The notes beneath the pieces are model-generated. The model made no database searches. It had not been told where the DNA came from and saw nothing but the letters and a program-made list of their open reading frames with translations. DNA of 64,000 bases from Chloroflexota bacterium. Lineage in GTDB: Bacteria > Chloroflexota > Dormibacteria > CF-121. Shown in pieces: positions 55,374 to 64,000 of the stretch. The stretch is from the NCBI GenBank assembly GCA_005880615.1, contig VBID01000116.1, forward strand, positions 1,494 to 65,493, written 5' to 3'. The translations under genes were made by a program, and so were the position numbers. How positions within the stretch are numbered: the first letter of the stretch is position 1; every line of letters begins with the position of its first letter.

Positions 55374-57017
55374 ATGAGGGGCCCGCTGGTGCGCTTCGGA
55401 ATCGTGGCCGGCGGCCTGCTCGTCGGCGGTCTGCTCTTCATCCGGTTGAGCGCGCCCACGGTCGCGGTGCAGGCGGTGGAGCTCGACGGCCAGCGTGTTC
55501 TGCCGCGGGGCGCCGCGGAGGTGTCGCCTACCCCCCGTCTGCATGTGGCCCTCAGCCGGCAGCTGGCGGCCCAGGACTGGCATATCCGTCTCGATGGCCA
55601 CATGGTGTCGATCCCGATGGCGGGCGGGCCGGCCCGCTTCCTCGACCTGGCCCTGCCCGGCCCGCTGGGCCTGGGTACCAGCCACCGGCTGCGGATCGAG
55701 ACCGGCTCCAGGCCGATCGACGTGGCGTTCCGGGTGGTCGGGCCGCTGCAAGCGAGCGTCGAGATGCGCTTTGGGCCGCTCGCCATCCAGACGGTGCCCA
55801 TCATTCGGACGCGGATCCACTTCTCGCGTCCGATTTTCGATCAGGCGTCGGCGCAGGAGCACGTGCGGGTGACCCGCGGGATGTCCGCGTACAGCTGGGT
55901 CGACGCCAGCACGCTGGAGATCGTCTCCACCGGACTGTCGCTGGGCACGTCGGAGGTCGTGATGCTGGACTCCGGGATTGTCGCTGCCGACCAATCGTTC
56001 ACAGCCGGCTTTGCCAGCGCCGGCCTGGCCATCCCCTCCACCCTGAGCGTCGTGACGCCGGACCGGGTGGTGCAGACGTATTACGTCAACACGCCCGAGG
56101 CCAAGGCGTCGTTCCTGGCGCACGCCAACCAGATCGACGTCCTGAGCCCGAGCTGGTACGACGCCAACGCGGATGGCAGTATCACCGGGTCCGCCCGGCA
56201 GGGGATTATCGACGCGGCCCATGCCCGCGGGGTCCAGATCGTGCCGCTCGTAGTCAACGCGGACGTGGATCCGGACGTGGCCCACGCCATCCTGGCCGAC
56301 CCCGCTCGGCGGGCGGCCCTCGCTACCCGGTTGGTGGCGGAGGCACGGACTTACGGATACGCCGGATTTCAGCTGGACTTCGAGCAGGTCCGCTGGACCG
56401 ATCGGGACCTGCTGACCGCGTTGGTGCAGGACTGCGCTAAGGTCTTCCGCCCGGCCGGGCTCAGCCTGTCGGTCGCCGTCATCCCCCGGCTCCCCGGCGA
56501 CGAGAATGCCACGGGCGCGGCCCTCGACTATTACCAGTCGTGGTCAGGCGCTTACGACTTTCCGGCCCTGGCGCGAGCGGCGGACTACCTCTCGGTCATG
56601 ACCTACGACGAGCACAATGGCGTGACCCTGGCGGGACCGGTCTCGGGGATCCCCTGGATGCGCCAGGCGCTGGACTACACGCTCCGGGATGTGCCGCCCG
56701 GCAAGGCGATGCTGGGGCTGCCCACCTACTATCACGACTGGACCGGAGTGGGCTACCTGACCTCCAGCTCATACGCCGATGCGCTGATCCTCGCCGGCCG
56801 CTACCACGCCACGCCGACCCTCGATCCCACCGAGGATGAGATGCATTTCAGCTACGTGACCCGGTGGGGCGTGCATCACGAGCTCTGGTTCGAGAGCGGA
56901 GACACGCTCCGACAGAAGCTGCCCTTGCTGTACGAGTATCAGCTGCGGGGGGTCAGCGTCTGGCGGCTCGGCTTCGAAGACCCGGCCTTCTGGGACCTGA
57001 TGGTCCCCCGCCGCTGA
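55374..57017 (+). CDS. GH18 hydrolase (YdhD/YaaH-like) with N-terminal TM and Ig-like region
   Basis: LSPSWY, GFQLDFE, AYDF, VMTYDEH, GPVS, LGLPTY, LWFE and WRLGFED motifs. Confidence 0.85.
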   Translation: MRGPLVRFGIVAGGLLVGGLLFIRLSAPTVAVQAVELDGQRVLPRGAAEVSPTPRLHVALSRQLAAQDWHIRLDGHMVSIPMAGGPARFLDLALPGPLGLGTSHRLRIETGSRPIDVAFRVVGPLQASVEMRFGPLAIQTVPIIRTRIHFSRPIFDQASAQEHVRVTRGMSAYSWVDASTLEIVSTGLSLGTSEVVMLDSGIVAADQSFTAGFASAGLAIPSTLSVVTPDRVVQTYYVNTPEAKASFLAHANQIDVLSPSWYDANADGSITGSARQGIIDAAHARGVQIVPLVVNADVDPDVAHAILADPARRAALATRLVAEARTYGYAGFQLDFEQVRWTDRDLLTALVQDCAKVFRPAGLSLSVAVIPRLPGDENATGAALDYYQSWSGAYDFPALARAADYLSVMTYDEHNGVTLAGPVSGIPWMRQALDYTLRDVPPGKAMLGLPTYYHDWTGVGYLTSSSYADALILAGRYHATPTLDPTEDEMHFSYVTRWGVHHELWFESGDTLRQKLPLLYEYQLRGVSVWRLGFEDPAFWDLMVPRR

Positions 57018-58498
57018 CGCTGGGCTGCGAAGAGCCGGTCGTATAACTCGGCTTGCCGCTTCATGGCTGCGGCGTAAGCCCGCCGGGAGGTGGGTTGCGG
57101 ATGAAAGGTGCGCCCCACTCGGGGCTGGTCGCGCCAGAGTGCGGGTCGCCGGCCCAGCGCGTAGAGCGCGAGCAAAGCGGCCCCGCGGCTGGAGGCTTCG
57201 GGCTCCGCGGACGCGCTGACCGGCACGTCCAGCACATCGGCCAGCATCTGCATCCAGGTGTTCGAATGCAGCAGCTGGCCCCCGGTGGCGATCACCCGGC
57301 GAGGCCGGCGGGTGCTTTCGCGCAGGGCCCCGTAGACGTGGCCGATCTGAAAGCTGATGCCTTCCATGGCGGCCCGCAGGACGTCCTCCGGCCGGGTGCT
57401 GAGGGACAGCCCGCTGATCACGCCGAGAACGTCGCCCCGCCAGTTCGGACTGCGCTCGCCGGCCCAGAAGGGCAGGACGGTCAGGCCGTGGCCGTCGGCG
57501 GGGATGGTTCGCACCGCGGCTTCAGCCTCGGCCCGCTTCTTGAAGCCGAGGAGTTTGTGCAGCCAGCGGATGACATTGCCGCCCTCGCTGAGGGCGCCCC
57601 CCAGCACAAACCGGCGGCGGTCGAGCCGGTATGCGAAAGCCCCCCAGGGCACCTCCACGTCGGGCGTCTCCAGCACCAGGCGCAGCGCCGACGAGGTGCC
57701 GACCATGGCGCATAGCCACTCCGGCTTTAGGCAGCCGGCCCCTACATTGCTCAGGGCGCCGTCGCCCAGAGGCAGATACCAGGGCAGGTCAGCCAGTCGG
57801 GGCCAGCGCCGGGCATAGGCAGGCCGGAGGCCAGTGCTTGGGGTGTCCCAATCGGCGATTGGCGAGAGGGCGGTGCCGCGGATCCCCGCGAGGCGCAGCG
57901 CCTGGGCGTCCCAGCGGCAGCGGTGCACATCCAGGAGCCCGGTGCCGGAGGCGATCGACAGGCTGACCGGAGCCGTCCCGAAGAACCGGCCGTAGAGGTA
58001 CTCGGCCAGCGAGACCCAGCGCACGGTCTTGCCGAACGCCACCGGCCGGGTGGCCTTCAGCCAGCGCAGCTTGGCCGGCCAGAAGCTGGCGTGGAAGTAG
58101 CAGCCGGTCCGGCGATGGTAGGCGCGCTCGTCGTGCGACGCGCGCAACGCCGCCGCCGCGGGCTGGCTGCGGGTGTCGGCCCAGGTCAGCAGCTCCGTGG
58201 TGGGACGACCGGCGCGGTCGACGCCCATGAGGCTGTGCCAGTAGCACGACGCCGCCACTGCCGTGATGGAGAGCTTTTCCTTTTTGGCGGCCTTCACGGC
58301 GGTGTCGATGGCGCCTACGATCAGAGCGACGAGCTGGTCGGCATCGGAGCTGGCCTGGCCAGGCATCGACGTATCCAGCTGGTAGGGGACCTCGGCGAAG
58401 GTCGGGTCCACCAGCCGCCCGCGCTGGTCATAGACCACCGCCCGTACCGAGGAGGTCCCCAGGTCGAGCGCCAGGACACCGATCTGGGCGCGAGTCAT
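56939..58498 (-). CDS. gntK: FGGY-family gluconokinase
   Basis: LDLGTSSVRA, TWADTR, SIASGTGL, GDGALSNVG, GTSSALR and PFWAGERSP motifs. Confidence 0.82.
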   Translation of the reverse strand: MTRAQIGVLALDLGTSSVRAVVYDQRGRLVDPTFAEVPYQLDTSMPGQASSDADQLVALIVGAIDTAVKAAKKEKLSITAVAASCYWHSLMGVDRAGRPTTELLTWADTRSQPAAAALRASHDERAYHRRTGCYFHASFWPAKLRWLKATRPVAFGKTVRWVSLAEYLYGRFFGTAPVSLSIASGTGLLDVHRCRWDAQALRLAGIRGTALSPIADWDTPSTGLRPAYARRWPRLADLPWYLPLGDGALSNVGAGCLKPEWLCAMVGTSSALRLVLETPDVEVPWGAFAYRLDRRRFVLGGALSEGGNVIRWLHKLLGFKKRAEAEAAVRTIPADGHGLTVLPFWAGERSPNWRGDVLGVISGLSLSTRPEDVLRAAMEGISFQIGHVYGALRESTRRPRRVIATGGQLLHSNTWMQMLADVLDVPVSASAEPEASSRGAALLALYALGRRPALWRDQPRVGRTFHPQPTSRRAYAAAMKRQAELYDRLFAAQRQRRGTIRSQKAGSSKPSRQTLTPRS

Positions 58499-58532
58499 CG
58501 GGTCACCAGTGGGGAGCGTACCCTACGACTCA

Positions 58533-58817
58533 ATGTCCACCGAGCGGCTCGAGCCGGACGAAACCCGCAAGCTCCTGAAGGGGTTCGGGGTGATGGTGAC
58601 GGAATACCAGGCCAGCACGCGTCGCCTGCTCGAGCGCCGGGCCGCGGCGGACACGGCCGAAGCCGAGGAGACCATCCGGCGGGAGGCGGCCGAGCTGAGC
58701 GCCGAGCTCAACCGCGCGCTGCGCGATATCACCAATCACGTGCTGCAGTTGCAAAGCGACTTCTTGATGGAGCTGGTCGCCCGCCAGCCGGCGGGCGACC
58801 AGTCCGGGGAAGTCTAA
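58533..58817 (+). CDS. hypothetical coiled-coil protein
   Basis: Helical composition, divergent from gntK. Confidence 0.6.
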   Translation: MSTERLEPDETRKLLKGFGVMVTEYQASTRRLLERRAAADTAEAEETIRREAAELSAELNRALRDITNHVLQLQSDFLMELVARQPAGDQSGEV

Positions 58818-59800
58818 GCCGCAGGCGGAGTCGAGGGCGCCGGTGGCCCGGATGCAGCCGAGGGCGTGGTAGAGCTCACCGGCAGCAGGGGCGCCCCCGG
58901 CCCCTGGGTTCCGAATCGCGACAGGAGGGCCGCCCCCAGGGCGACGCTGCCGCCGATCAGCAGGACGAGGATGTTCAGCACCGGGATGTTCGCCAGGATC
59001 ACGACCAGCACTCCACCGATGAGAAGGGCGGGGACCAGCTCCTGCGGACGCTGCATGGAGTGCAGCAGCCGCTGGCCGATCAGCAGGAAGATGGCGGCCC
59101 AGCCGAAGAGCCAGGCGACCGTCATCACCCCCAGCACGACGAAGGGGAGGACCAGGGTGATCACCAGGAGGACGCTGAGCACGATGCCCGCGATGGTCCC
59201 CCCGCAGCCCAGGGCGAACGTTTCCACGGGTCGCCGCTCGACCACCGAGGCCGCCGTCTGCAGGTGGGTGGGGAAGAACAGCAGGATGATCAGGGCCAGC
59301 ACCAGGATGCCGAGCCCGGTCACCAGGCCAAACGCGAGATCCGAAAAACCGGTACGTCCGAAGGCGCTGCCCCAGTGCCGGAATACGCGCGGGTCAAATT
59401 GGCCGCGACCCTCCACGACGTTGCGCCCGACGAAGGCTCCGGGCATCCGGTTGAGCGAGCCGCCGGCAAACGAGACATCGCGGCCGACATAGGAGTTAGG
59501 CCCCAGCGTCAGCGTTCCGCCGACCACCGCCACGTCACGCTCGACCCGGCCGTTGACCACCACGTTGCCGCCGAAGGCCACCAGGTCCTGGGTCACGGTG
59601 CCATCGACCTCGATATTGCCGCCGAAGGCGACCAGATCGCCGTTGTGGGTTTCGCCCGCCGGGACGACGATGTTGCCGCCGAAGGTCACCTGATCGTTGC
59701 TGGTGCTGGTCGATTCGTCGGCGGCCGCGGCCGGGACGAGCGCCCCCAGGGCGAAGGCCGCCGCCATGGTGAAGGACAGAATGATGCGCTTGAGATTCAT
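58814..59800 (-). CDS. bactofilin-like beta-helix plus multi-TM membrane protein
   Basis: Repeated GDLVAFGGNI/V.V.G.V units followed by about 6 TM segments. Downstream of an ECF sigma/anti-sigma pair. Confidence 0.78.
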   Translation of the reverse strand: MNLKRIILSFTMAAAFALGALVPAAAADESTSTSNDQVTFGGNIVVPAGETHNGDLVAFGGNIEVDGTVTQDLVAFGGNVVVNGRVERDVAVVGGTLTLGPNSYVGRDVSFAGGSLNRMPGAFVGRNVVEGRGQFDPRVFRHWGSAFGRTGFSDLAFGLVTGLGILVLALIILLFFPTHLQTAASVVERRPVETFALGCGGTIAGIVLSVLLVITLVLPFVVLGVMTVAWLFGWAAIFLLIGQRLLHSMQRPQELVPALLIGGVLVVILANIPVLNILVLLIGGSVALGAALLSRFGTQGPGAPLLPVSSTTPSAASGPPAPSTPPAA

Positions 59801-60297
59801 CGAGTGACCCGCCTCCTCTGAAATGCGATGGATTGATACAGGCGGACCCAGAGCCCGCAGACGATGATGACGAGCACCGCGTACCCGGCAATGACCGCCG
59901 GCCGGTCGGCAAACAGGACCCGCGGCACCGCCAGGATGCCGTTCACGATGGTGGCGACGATGTCGAGCGCATTCGACGCGACGCCCAGCGGCTTGGCCAC
60001 GGTGGCGGGGGCCAGCCAGATGGTCAAGGCGGCGAGGACCGTGGCTACCACGAGAAGACCCGCGGCAGCGGCCAGACCCAGGCGCCAGGAGACCCGTGGC
60101 GCCCGCCAGCGTCGGAGCACCCCAGCGGCGATGGCGGCCGGCACTTCACGGACCTCGGGTCGGGCGGCGCGCAGCACCCCGGCCAGTGGATCGCCCTCCT
60201 CCAGGACGGCGAAGCAGGTGGCGCACTCGGCCAGGTGGGCCTCGGCCTCCACGTCCTCGCCGCTCCGAAGGCGCCGGCGCGCTTCCTCACACTGCAT
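59797..60297 (-). CDS. membrane anti-sigma factor (zf-HC2)
   Basis: C...HLAECATC plus two TM segments. Confidence 0.8.
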   Translation of the reverse strand: MQCEEARRRLRSGEDVEAEAHLAECATCFAVLEEGDPLAGVLRAARPEVREVPAAIAAGVLRRWRAPRVSWRLGLAAAAGLLVVATVLAALTIWLAPATVAKPLGVASNALDIVATIVNGILAVPRVLFADRPAVIAGYAVLVIIVCGLWVRLYQSIAFQRRRVTR

Positions 60298-60820
60298 CGG
60301 TTGCCACCTCCCGGGTCAGGATTCCCGCCAGCGAGCGCCGAGCGCGCAGCAGGGCAACCTTGGCAGCACCCTCCGACATGCCGAGCAGCTGCGCAATGCG
60401 GTCGACCGGCTGGTCTTCCCAATAACGAAGCACCAGGAGCGTGCGGTCGCGGTTGGGCAGCCGGTTGACGGCGGCTTGCACCCGGGCCCGGTCCAGGCGG
60501 TCGAGGACGGTGCGCTCGACGTCCACCGACGAAGACGGCTCAACCAGGTCGGCCGCCGGGCGGCGCTGGCGAAGGACGTCGATGCTGTAGTGGCGGGCGA
60601 TGCCCGTGAGCCACCCGCCAAAGGGTTCGCTGGGGCGATACTGGTGCAGCCGCTGAAACGCCCGCAGGAACACTTCCTGGGTGGCATCCTCGGCGTCGGC
60701 CTGGTTTCCCAACATGCGGTAGGTCAGGGTGTACACGCTCATTTGATACCGAGCCAGGAGCCATTCGGGGCCGCGGCGGTCCCCCTGTCGGGTGAGATCG
60801 ACCGCTGCCTCATCGTCCAC
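60287..60820 (-). CDS. ECF sigma-70 factor (SigW-like)
   Basis: DAEDATQEVFLRAF, FGGWL and LVLRYW...IAQLLGM...KVALLRAR motifs. Confidence 0.88.
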   Translation of the reverse strand: MDDEAAVDLTRQGDRRGPEWLLARYQMSVYTLTYRMLGNQADAEDATQEVFLRAFQRLHQYRPSEPFGGWLTGIARHYSIDVLRQRRPAADLVEPSSSVDVERTVLDRLDRARVQAAVNRLPNRDRTLLVLRYWEDQPVDRIAQLLGMSEGAAKVALLRARRSLAGILTREVATDAV

Positions 60821-60917
60821 TCGCTCTACCCCCTCTACGACGCCCCCGCCCAGCAGGTTACAGAAGCGGGATTTCCGCAGAACGTTTGGTAGACTGTGGC
60901 AGCCTGACCCGGCCCGC

Positions 60918-60993
60918 TGGGGCGTGGCCAAGCTGGTAAGGCGCCTGACTCTGGATCAGGTAATCCTAGGTTCGAATCCTAGCGCCCCAGCCA
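60918..60993 (+). tRNA. tRNA-Gln (anticodon CTG)
   Basis: TGGGGCG acceptor stem, CCTGA-CTCTGGA-TCAGG anticodon arm, GGTTCGAATCC, encoded CCA. Confidence 0.96.
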
Positions 60994-61067
60994 CTTCCTC
61001 AGGTCGGACCCGCCCGATCGGCCTTGATCGTCAGGGACTCTGATGCGCGGGGCTACAATGCCGGTCG

Positions 61068-62291
61068 ATGAGTCCGGCCGTTGACGTCGTTATTGTCGGC
61101 GCCGGACAGGCCGGGCTGTCGCTCAGCCACGAGCTCGCCGCCGCCGGCGTAGACCACATCGTTCTCGAGCGGGGCCGGGTGGGCGAGACCTGGCGCGGGC
61201 GCTGGGACAGCTTCTGCCTGGTCATTCCCAATTGGACGGTCCAGCTGCCGGGCGGCCGCTATCGCGGAGACGATCCCGACGGATTCATGCCCAAGAGCGA
61301 GATTGTCCGCCACTTGGTCGGGTACGCGGAAAGTTTCAACGCGCCGGTGCGTGAGGGCGTGAGGGTGACCAGCCTGGAGCCAGGCGACCACGGCGCGTTT
61401 CTCCTCAGAACGTCCGCAGGTGAGATTCGCGCGAAGGAGGTCGTGCTCGCGTCGGGCGGATACCAGAAACCGCACCGGCCACCGGCGGCCGCTCAGCTCC
61501 CCGCCGCAATCCACGCCATCGACGCCGAGGCCTACGCCAACCCAACTGCGCTGCCGCCCGGGAAGGTCCTCGTGGTCGGCAGCGGTCAGACGGGGTGCCA
61601 GCTGGCCGAAGAGATCTTCGAGGCCGGCCGGGAGGTGGCCCTGGCATGCGGGCGTGCCCCCTGGATTCCACGTCGACTCGAGGGCCGCGACACCATCGCG
61701 TGGATCAACGACACGCGGTTCTTCGACGTCAAGCCGGCCGATCTGCCCAGCCCAAAGTCGCGACTCCTCGCCAATCCCCAGACCAGCGGCCGCCTGGGAG
61801 GTCACGAGTTGCACTACCGAACCTTGCAAGCCCAGGGCGTGCGGCTGCTGGGCCATTTCCTCGGCGTGGCAGACGGCCGGGCTCATTTCGCGCGCGACCT
61901 GGCGGACTCGGTGGCCTTTGGCGACGCTCGCTACGCCGAGATCTGCGAGCTGATCCGCAAGAGCTGCGCCGAGCGAGCAACCCGACCACCCGAGATGGCC
62001 CCCCCGCCGCCGTTTAATGCCGACGCTCGGGAGACCCTGGACCTCAGCGGCTTCGGCACGGTCATCTTCACGTCGGGTTTCCGCCCTGACTACGCGAGCT
62101 GGGTCAGGTTCCCTGACGCGTTCGACGACATGGGCTTTCCGATCCAGCAGGATGGCTCCAGCACACTGGTCCGTGGACTGCATTTCATGGGAGTGCATTT
62201 CCAGCGCAAGCGTAAGTCCGCCACGCTTCTCGGGGTGGCCGAGGACGCCACCGTCCTGGCCGGGACCATTTCAGCGGCCGTTCGCCTGTAG
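61068..62291 (+). CDS. flavin-dependent oxidoreductase (FMO/TrkA-like)
   Basis: VGAGQAGL, RWDSF, VVGSGQTGCQLAEE and TSGFRPD motifs. Confidence 0.88.
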   Translation: MSPAVDVVIVGAGQAGLSLSHELAAAGVDHIVLERGRVGETWRGRWDSFCLVIPNWTVQLPGGRYRGDDPDGFMPKSEIVRHLVGYAESFNAPVREGVRVTSLEPGDHGAFLLRTSAGEIRAKEVVLASGGYQKPHRPPAAAQLPAAIHAIDAEAYANPTALPPGKVLVVGSGQTGCQLAEEIFEAGREVALACGRAPWIPRRLEGRDTIAWINDTRFFDVKPADLPSPKSRLLANPQTSGRLGGHELHYRTLQAQGVRLLGHFLGVADGRAHFARDLADSVAFGDARYAEICELIRKSCAERATRPPEMAPPPPFNADARETLDLSGFGTVIFTSGFRPDYASWVRFPDAFDDMGFPIQQDGSSTLVRGLHFMGVHFQRKRKSATLLGVAEDATVLAGTISAAVRL

Positions 62292-62428
62292 GAGTCGACC
62301 GAAGTCACGCGAGAGATACGGCATGTCACGGCGCTGCAACGTCGCATCTCAGCCCTGCTGACTCCCGCATATTCGCGGTGAGTTGTACGACGCAGTGTTG
62401 GGAGCCATGAACCGGCCAGAGATCACCT

Positions 62429-63535
62429 GTGAGCAATGAAGCCGATCGCCTGTTTGCCCTTTCGATCGACATGCTCTGCATCGCGGGCTTCGACGGCTAC
62501 TTCAAGAAACTGAACCCCGCCTGGAGCCAGGCCCTCGGCTTCACCAGCGAGGAACTGACGGCCCGGCCGTATCTCGACTTTGTCCATCCAGAGGACCGGG
62601 CGGCGACCATCGCGGAAGCCACGAAGCTCTCCGGCGGCATCGACACGATCCATTTCGAGAACCGCTACGGATGCAAGGACGGATCGTACAAGTGGCTGGC
62701 CTGGACGGCCAAGCAGTCGGTGCCCGAGCAGCTGATCTTCGCCATCGCCCGAGACATGACCGCCCAGAAGCACGCGGAGGACGAGATCAACCGTCTGAAC
62801 GTGGCCCTGGCGGAGCGGCTGGCCGAGCTCGAGGCGAGCAACAAGGGCCTCGAAGCCTTTTCCTACAGCGTCTCCCACGATCTGCGCGCCCCGTTGCGTT
62901 CGATCGACGGCTTCGTGCGCATTTTGGTCGATGAGCACGCGCCGCAGCTGGACCCAGGGGCCCGGCGATACCTGGAGATCATTGCGGGCAGCGCCCGCAC
63001 CATGGGTCTCCTGATCGACGACCTGCTCAAGTTCTCGAGGCTTGGGCGGCAGCCTCTGCGCAAGGTCGCGATTGATACGACCGAGCTGGTACGCCGCATC
63101 CTTCGCCAACAACTGGGCGCGATCGAGCCTCGTCGCGTCGAAGTTCGTCTGGATGAGCTGCCCGGATGCCAGGGGGACGAGAGTCTTCTGGAGCATGTTT
63201 TTACGAATCTGATCGGCAACGCGACCAAGTACACGCGGCGAGTCGAGGTGGCACGCATCGAAATCGGCTGCCAGTCGAATGATCAGGGTGAGCTCGTCTA
63301 TTACGTCAAGGACAACGGCGCGGGTTTTGACATGCGGTACGTCGACAAACTGTTCGGTGTCTTCCAGCGCCTCCATCGGGCGGACGAGTTTGAAGGGACC
63401 GGGGTCGGCTTGGCCCTGGCTCAGCAGATCATCAACCGGCACGGCGGACGGATCTGGGCCGAGGCCGCGGTCGGAAAGGGAGCCACGTTCTTCTTCACCC
63501 TCTTCGGGAGCAGTCGGCCGGCGATGGCGGCCTGA
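62429..63535 (+). CDS. cytoplasmic PAS sensor histidine kinase
   Basis: PAS (FVHPED), SYSVSHDLRAPLR H-box, NLIGNA, DNGAGF and GTGVGLA motifs. Confidence 0.93.
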   Translation: MSNEADRLFALSIDMLCIAGFDGYFKKLNPAWSQALGFTSEELTARPYLDFVHPEDRAATIAEATKLSGGIDTIHFENRYGCKDGSYKWLAWTAKQSVPEQLIFAIARDMTAQKHAEDEINRLNVALAERLAELEASNKGLEAFSYSVSHDLRAPLRSIDGFVRILVDEHAPQLDPGARRYLEIIAGSARTMGLLIDDLLKFSRLGRQPLRKVAIDTTELVRRILRQQLGAIEPRRVEVRLDELPGCQGDESLLEHVFTNLIGNATKYTRRVEVARIEIGCQSNDQGELVYYVKDNGAGFDMRYVDKLFGVFQRLHRADEFEGTGVGLALAQQIINRHGGRIWAEAAVGKGATFFFTLFGSSRPAMAA

Positions 63536-63673
63536 CGTTCGGATGCCCGACCACATGCTCTGAGCCATCGCCTTCGGAACCCGAACCGGGCTCGCTTCCC
63601 CTACGCTGTCCGGCGTGACGCATGGCGCCGCCGACCGAAAGCAAGGATCATTCGGGCGCTCCGTCGAGCCTTG

Positions 63674-64000
63674 ATGAGAGCGCCCGCCTGGCCGATCCTC
63701 AGGCGAGCGGTCACGGCGAGGGCCCACTCGGGAGGGGTCCGGCTATTTGGGCTCAGCTTCTGCATGCTCTTCCTGGAGCTCGCCCTCATTCGGTGGACGG
63801 GCTCCAACGTTCTCTACCTGTCCTATTTCTCCAACTTCATCTTGCTGGCAAGCTTCCTCGGGATCGGCGTCGGGTTCCTGAGAGCCAATGCCCGCCACGA
63901 CCTGTTTCGCTTCGCGCCCATCGGCTTGGCGGCGCTGGTCGCCTTCGTCCGGGTGTTTCCGGTCGAGATCGATCGAGCCGGCACCGAGCTCATCTTCTTC
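63674..64000 (+). CDS. spermidine-synthase-like membrane protein (5' part, runs off the window)
   Basis: Manual translation gives LSFCMLFLELALIRW...YLSYFSNFILLASFLGIGVG. Confidence 0.7.
   Translation, partial: MRAPAWPILRRAVTARAHSGGVRLFGLSFCMLFLELALIRWTGSNVLYLSYFSNFILLASFLGIGVGFLRANARHDLFRFAPIGLAALVAFVRVFPVEIDRAGTELIFF

Noticed and set aside
55374-57017. Chitinase
   Set aside because: The catalytic region reads GFQLDFE rather than DxxDxDxE, and the other motifs fit the YdhD/YaaH-like subgroup better.
399-63727. Many long antisense ORFs in the track (e.g. 399-1700, 9722-11311, 44954-46813, 57923-59821, 62423-63727)
   Set aside because: They are typical high-GC shadow frames opposite genes with clear family motifs.
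60918-64000. Genomic island at tRNA-Gln
   Set aside because: No integrase or repeat of the tRNA 3' end was seen within the window, so it cannot be supported here.

Overview
High-GC bacterial chromosome segment with about 60 CDS, tRNA-Glu(CTC), tRNA-Gln(CTG) and a cobalamin riboswitch. The gene content and an LAxTG sorting signal suggest a monoderm soil lineage such as Ca. Dormibacterota or a Chloroflexota relative (inference). No CRISPR array, transposase or integrase was seen. Main points: (1) a 41-57 kb block with five short HspR-like MerR paralogs, two single-domain receivers each paired with one of them, a TGATA-N7-TATCA-like motif at seven intergenic sites, a candidate sRNA or attenuator, and stress, dormancy and cell-wall genes (otsA, ftsH, 2x YtxH, broken csbD, class A PBP, C39 peptidase, GH18); (2) four degenerate copies of the tRNA-Glu 3' end that divide 29.0-31.5 kb into mostly one-gene cassettes; (3) a ~180-bp hairpin element with compensatory base changes that sits at stop codons, is nested in itself once and is tandemly amplified once; (4) a B12-riboswitch-controlled ECF importer preceded by two surface proteins resembling a split transcobalamin. 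Family names come from motif recognition by eye, not from database searches.
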